DNA of 37,113 nt. It comes from Nitrososphaerota archaeon. GTDB lineage: Archaea > Thermoproteota > Nitrososphaeria > Nitrososphaerales > Nitrosopumilaceae. Of this stretch, positions 35,766 to 37,113 are shown piece by piece. Both the position numbers and the translations under genes were made by a program. The DNA lies in the NCBI GenBank assembly GCA_028867755.1, contig JAGWFT010000003.1, positions 1-37,113 on the forward strand. The letters are read 5' to 3'. The notes under the pieces were generated by a model. The model worked only from the letters and a program-made list of their open reading frames with translations. It was not told the DNA's origin and searched no databases. Positions within the stretch are counted from its first letter, which is position 1; every line of letters starts with the position of its first letter.

Positions 35766-36017
35766 TTAACTAAAGCCTGCTCCAAACTCGTCTCCATGCT
35801 GGAGAGGGTCTATGGCGTCAGATTTTTTTAGTTTTAGATACAGAAATGCTTCGTTAACCAACTGGATGGCAGGGTCACCATCTAAGCTGAACTGCTTTTT
35901 TACAAAGTCATAGTATTTCTGTAGTTTACTAGGTTCCTGCTCATCAAGAGAGGTATTGTCCTCTATGATCATAAATGCAATTTTTTCAATCTGCATGTTG
36001 TATTCTGATTCGTTCAA
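35766..36017 (-). CDS. Hypothetical protein
   Basis: 83 aa, coding-like; ends DPLQHGDEFGAGFS. Confidence 0.68.
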   Translation of the reverse strand: MNESEYNMQIEKIAFMIIEDNTSLDEQEPSKLQKYYDFVKKQFSLDGDPAIQLVNEAFLYLKLKKSDAIDPLQHGDEFGAGFS

Positions 36018-36117
36018 TATTATATTGTCTAGTATGACTGTCTTTTAAGTGATTAGAACAAATGATTTCTCAAGTATGGTTTTGAAAAATTTTCTACATT
36101 ATAGTGATATCTTAACC

Positions 36118-36234
36118 TCAACTGCTTGAATCGTCTTCTTCGTACTCGTCATCTAGATATTCAGTGTCTTCTTTTTCATTTTCTGGTGTCTCGTTAAGAA
36201 ACTCGTCGCTCTGTTTTTTCTGTTTGCTGTCCAT
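36118..36234 (-). CDS. Putative 38-aa highly acidic small protein. Not in the ORF track
   Basis: MDSKQKKQSDEFLNETPENEKEDTEYLDDEYEEDDSSS*; TATA-like TATAAT upstream on the minus strand. Confidence 0.55.
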   Translation of the reverse strand: MDSKQKKQSDEFLNETPENEKEDTEYLDDEYEEDDSSS

Positions 36235-36290
36235 GTACTACAATTATGACACATTATACATGAATATTGTGTAAGGTGCTTTGAGTTGTA

Positions 36291-37079
36291 TTACTTGGGT
36301 AAAAAGTCAAGCACTAGTTTTGAAAATTCCTCTGGTCTTTCTTCATATGGTGTATGACCACATCCATTCATAACTGTAAGAACACAATTTGAAATCGACG
36401 ATGCAAATTCTTTGGAATATTCCACTGGAATCATCTTGTCTTCGCTGCCCCATATGAGCAATGTCGGTATCTTGATTTTCTGTAGTTTCTCTGTTATGAT
36501 AGGCGAATTCTTCATTCCTAAAAGTGTAGACAAGAACGCCATCTTGGCATTAGGCCTAGTCATATTTGAGATAAAATTTTCAACTGATTGGCTGCTTACC
36601 TCTTTGTTTTTACCCATCATCATTTGATATGCAGTTCTCACAGTTTCGTGAGTTGGGTATAGGGCAGCCATGGTATATGCGTCAAGAACGGGAGTGGATT
36701 TTTTCATGATTCCAGCTGGCGCAATCATTACAATCTTCTTAATGGATGGATTTTGTGTAGCTGCACACTCTGCCACGATCTCGCCCCCAAGCGATGTGCC
36801 AATCATGAACACCTTCTGCAAAGACAATGTTTCAAGAAAGCCAAGCACAAAGTCTCTGAATATCTCTGGCGTGTAATCTATCCGCGGTTTATCGCTTTGG
36901 CCATATCCTATCAAATCAACTGCAATTACTCTGTATTTTTTACTCAAAAGTGGAACTACAGGTAACCACCTCTCGGCCATGCCACCTAAACCATGAAGTA
37001 AGATTATGGTATTTTCAGAGTCTCCTTCCTCAACATATCTTATCCTACTTCCATTGACTGTCTGATATCTTTCTTGCAT
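36291..37079 (-). CDS. Alpha/beta-fold hydrolase
   Basis: LLHGLGG oxyanion motif, DLIGYGQS, nucleophile GTSLGG, WGSEDKMIP, catalytic His GHTP. Confidence 0.9.
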   Translation of the reverse strand: MQERYQTVNGSRIRYVEEGDSENTIILLHGLGGMAERWLPVVPLLSKKYRVIAVDLIGYGQSDKPRIDYTPEIFRDFVLGFLETLSLQKVFMIGTSLGGEIVAECAATQNPSIKKIVMIAPAGIMKKSTPVLDAYTMAALYPTHETVRTAYQMMMGKNKEVSSQSVENFISNMTRPNAKMAFLSTLLGMKNSPIITEKLQKIKIPTLLIWGSEDKMIPVEYSKEFASSISNCVLTVMNGCGHTPYEERPEEFSKLVLDFLPK

Positions 37080-37113
37080 CCATGAATTGATGAATTAATC
37101 ATGACATAAGTTT

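Noticed and set aside
1-37113. tRNA, rRNA, transposase, integrase or prophage genes
   Set aside because: No cloverleaf or rRNA-like GC-rich tracts and no DDE, HUH or tyrosine-recombinase motifs recognised; tRNAscan-SE and ISEScan would confirm

Overview
AT-rich archaeal chromosomal segment, most likely from an ammonia-oxidising thaumarchaeote (Nitrososphaerota, Nitrosotalea-like). This assignment is an inference from the repeated PEFG-CTERM sorting signals, the IPxW(I/V)KNxAxWW surface module, thaumarchaeal-type cupredoxins, roadblock-like paralogues and frequent TTG/GTG starts about 30 nt after TATA boxes. The window is rich in cell-surface genes: five intact PEFG-CTERM genes plus one decayed remnant, two type-1 copper proteins, and a secreted ATPase-less Lon-type protease. 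It also carries two ABC exporter operons, a fixA-fixB-fixCX(fusion) operon, a thioredoxin reductase with degenerate NAD(P)H-binding motifs, an intact and a degenerate RelA/SpoT-type HD protein, TPR proteins, and several plausible small ORFs below the 60-aa cutoff of the ORF track. The best leads are the NADPH-motif-less TrxR coupled to an Lrp-like gene next to a pseudoknot-capable intergenic element, a 46-aa Cys/His mini-protein, and a Met/His-rich putative copper-handling surface cluster. I saw no tRNA, rRNA, CRISPR array, transposase or integrase. All family assignments come from motif recognition by eye; no database searches were run.
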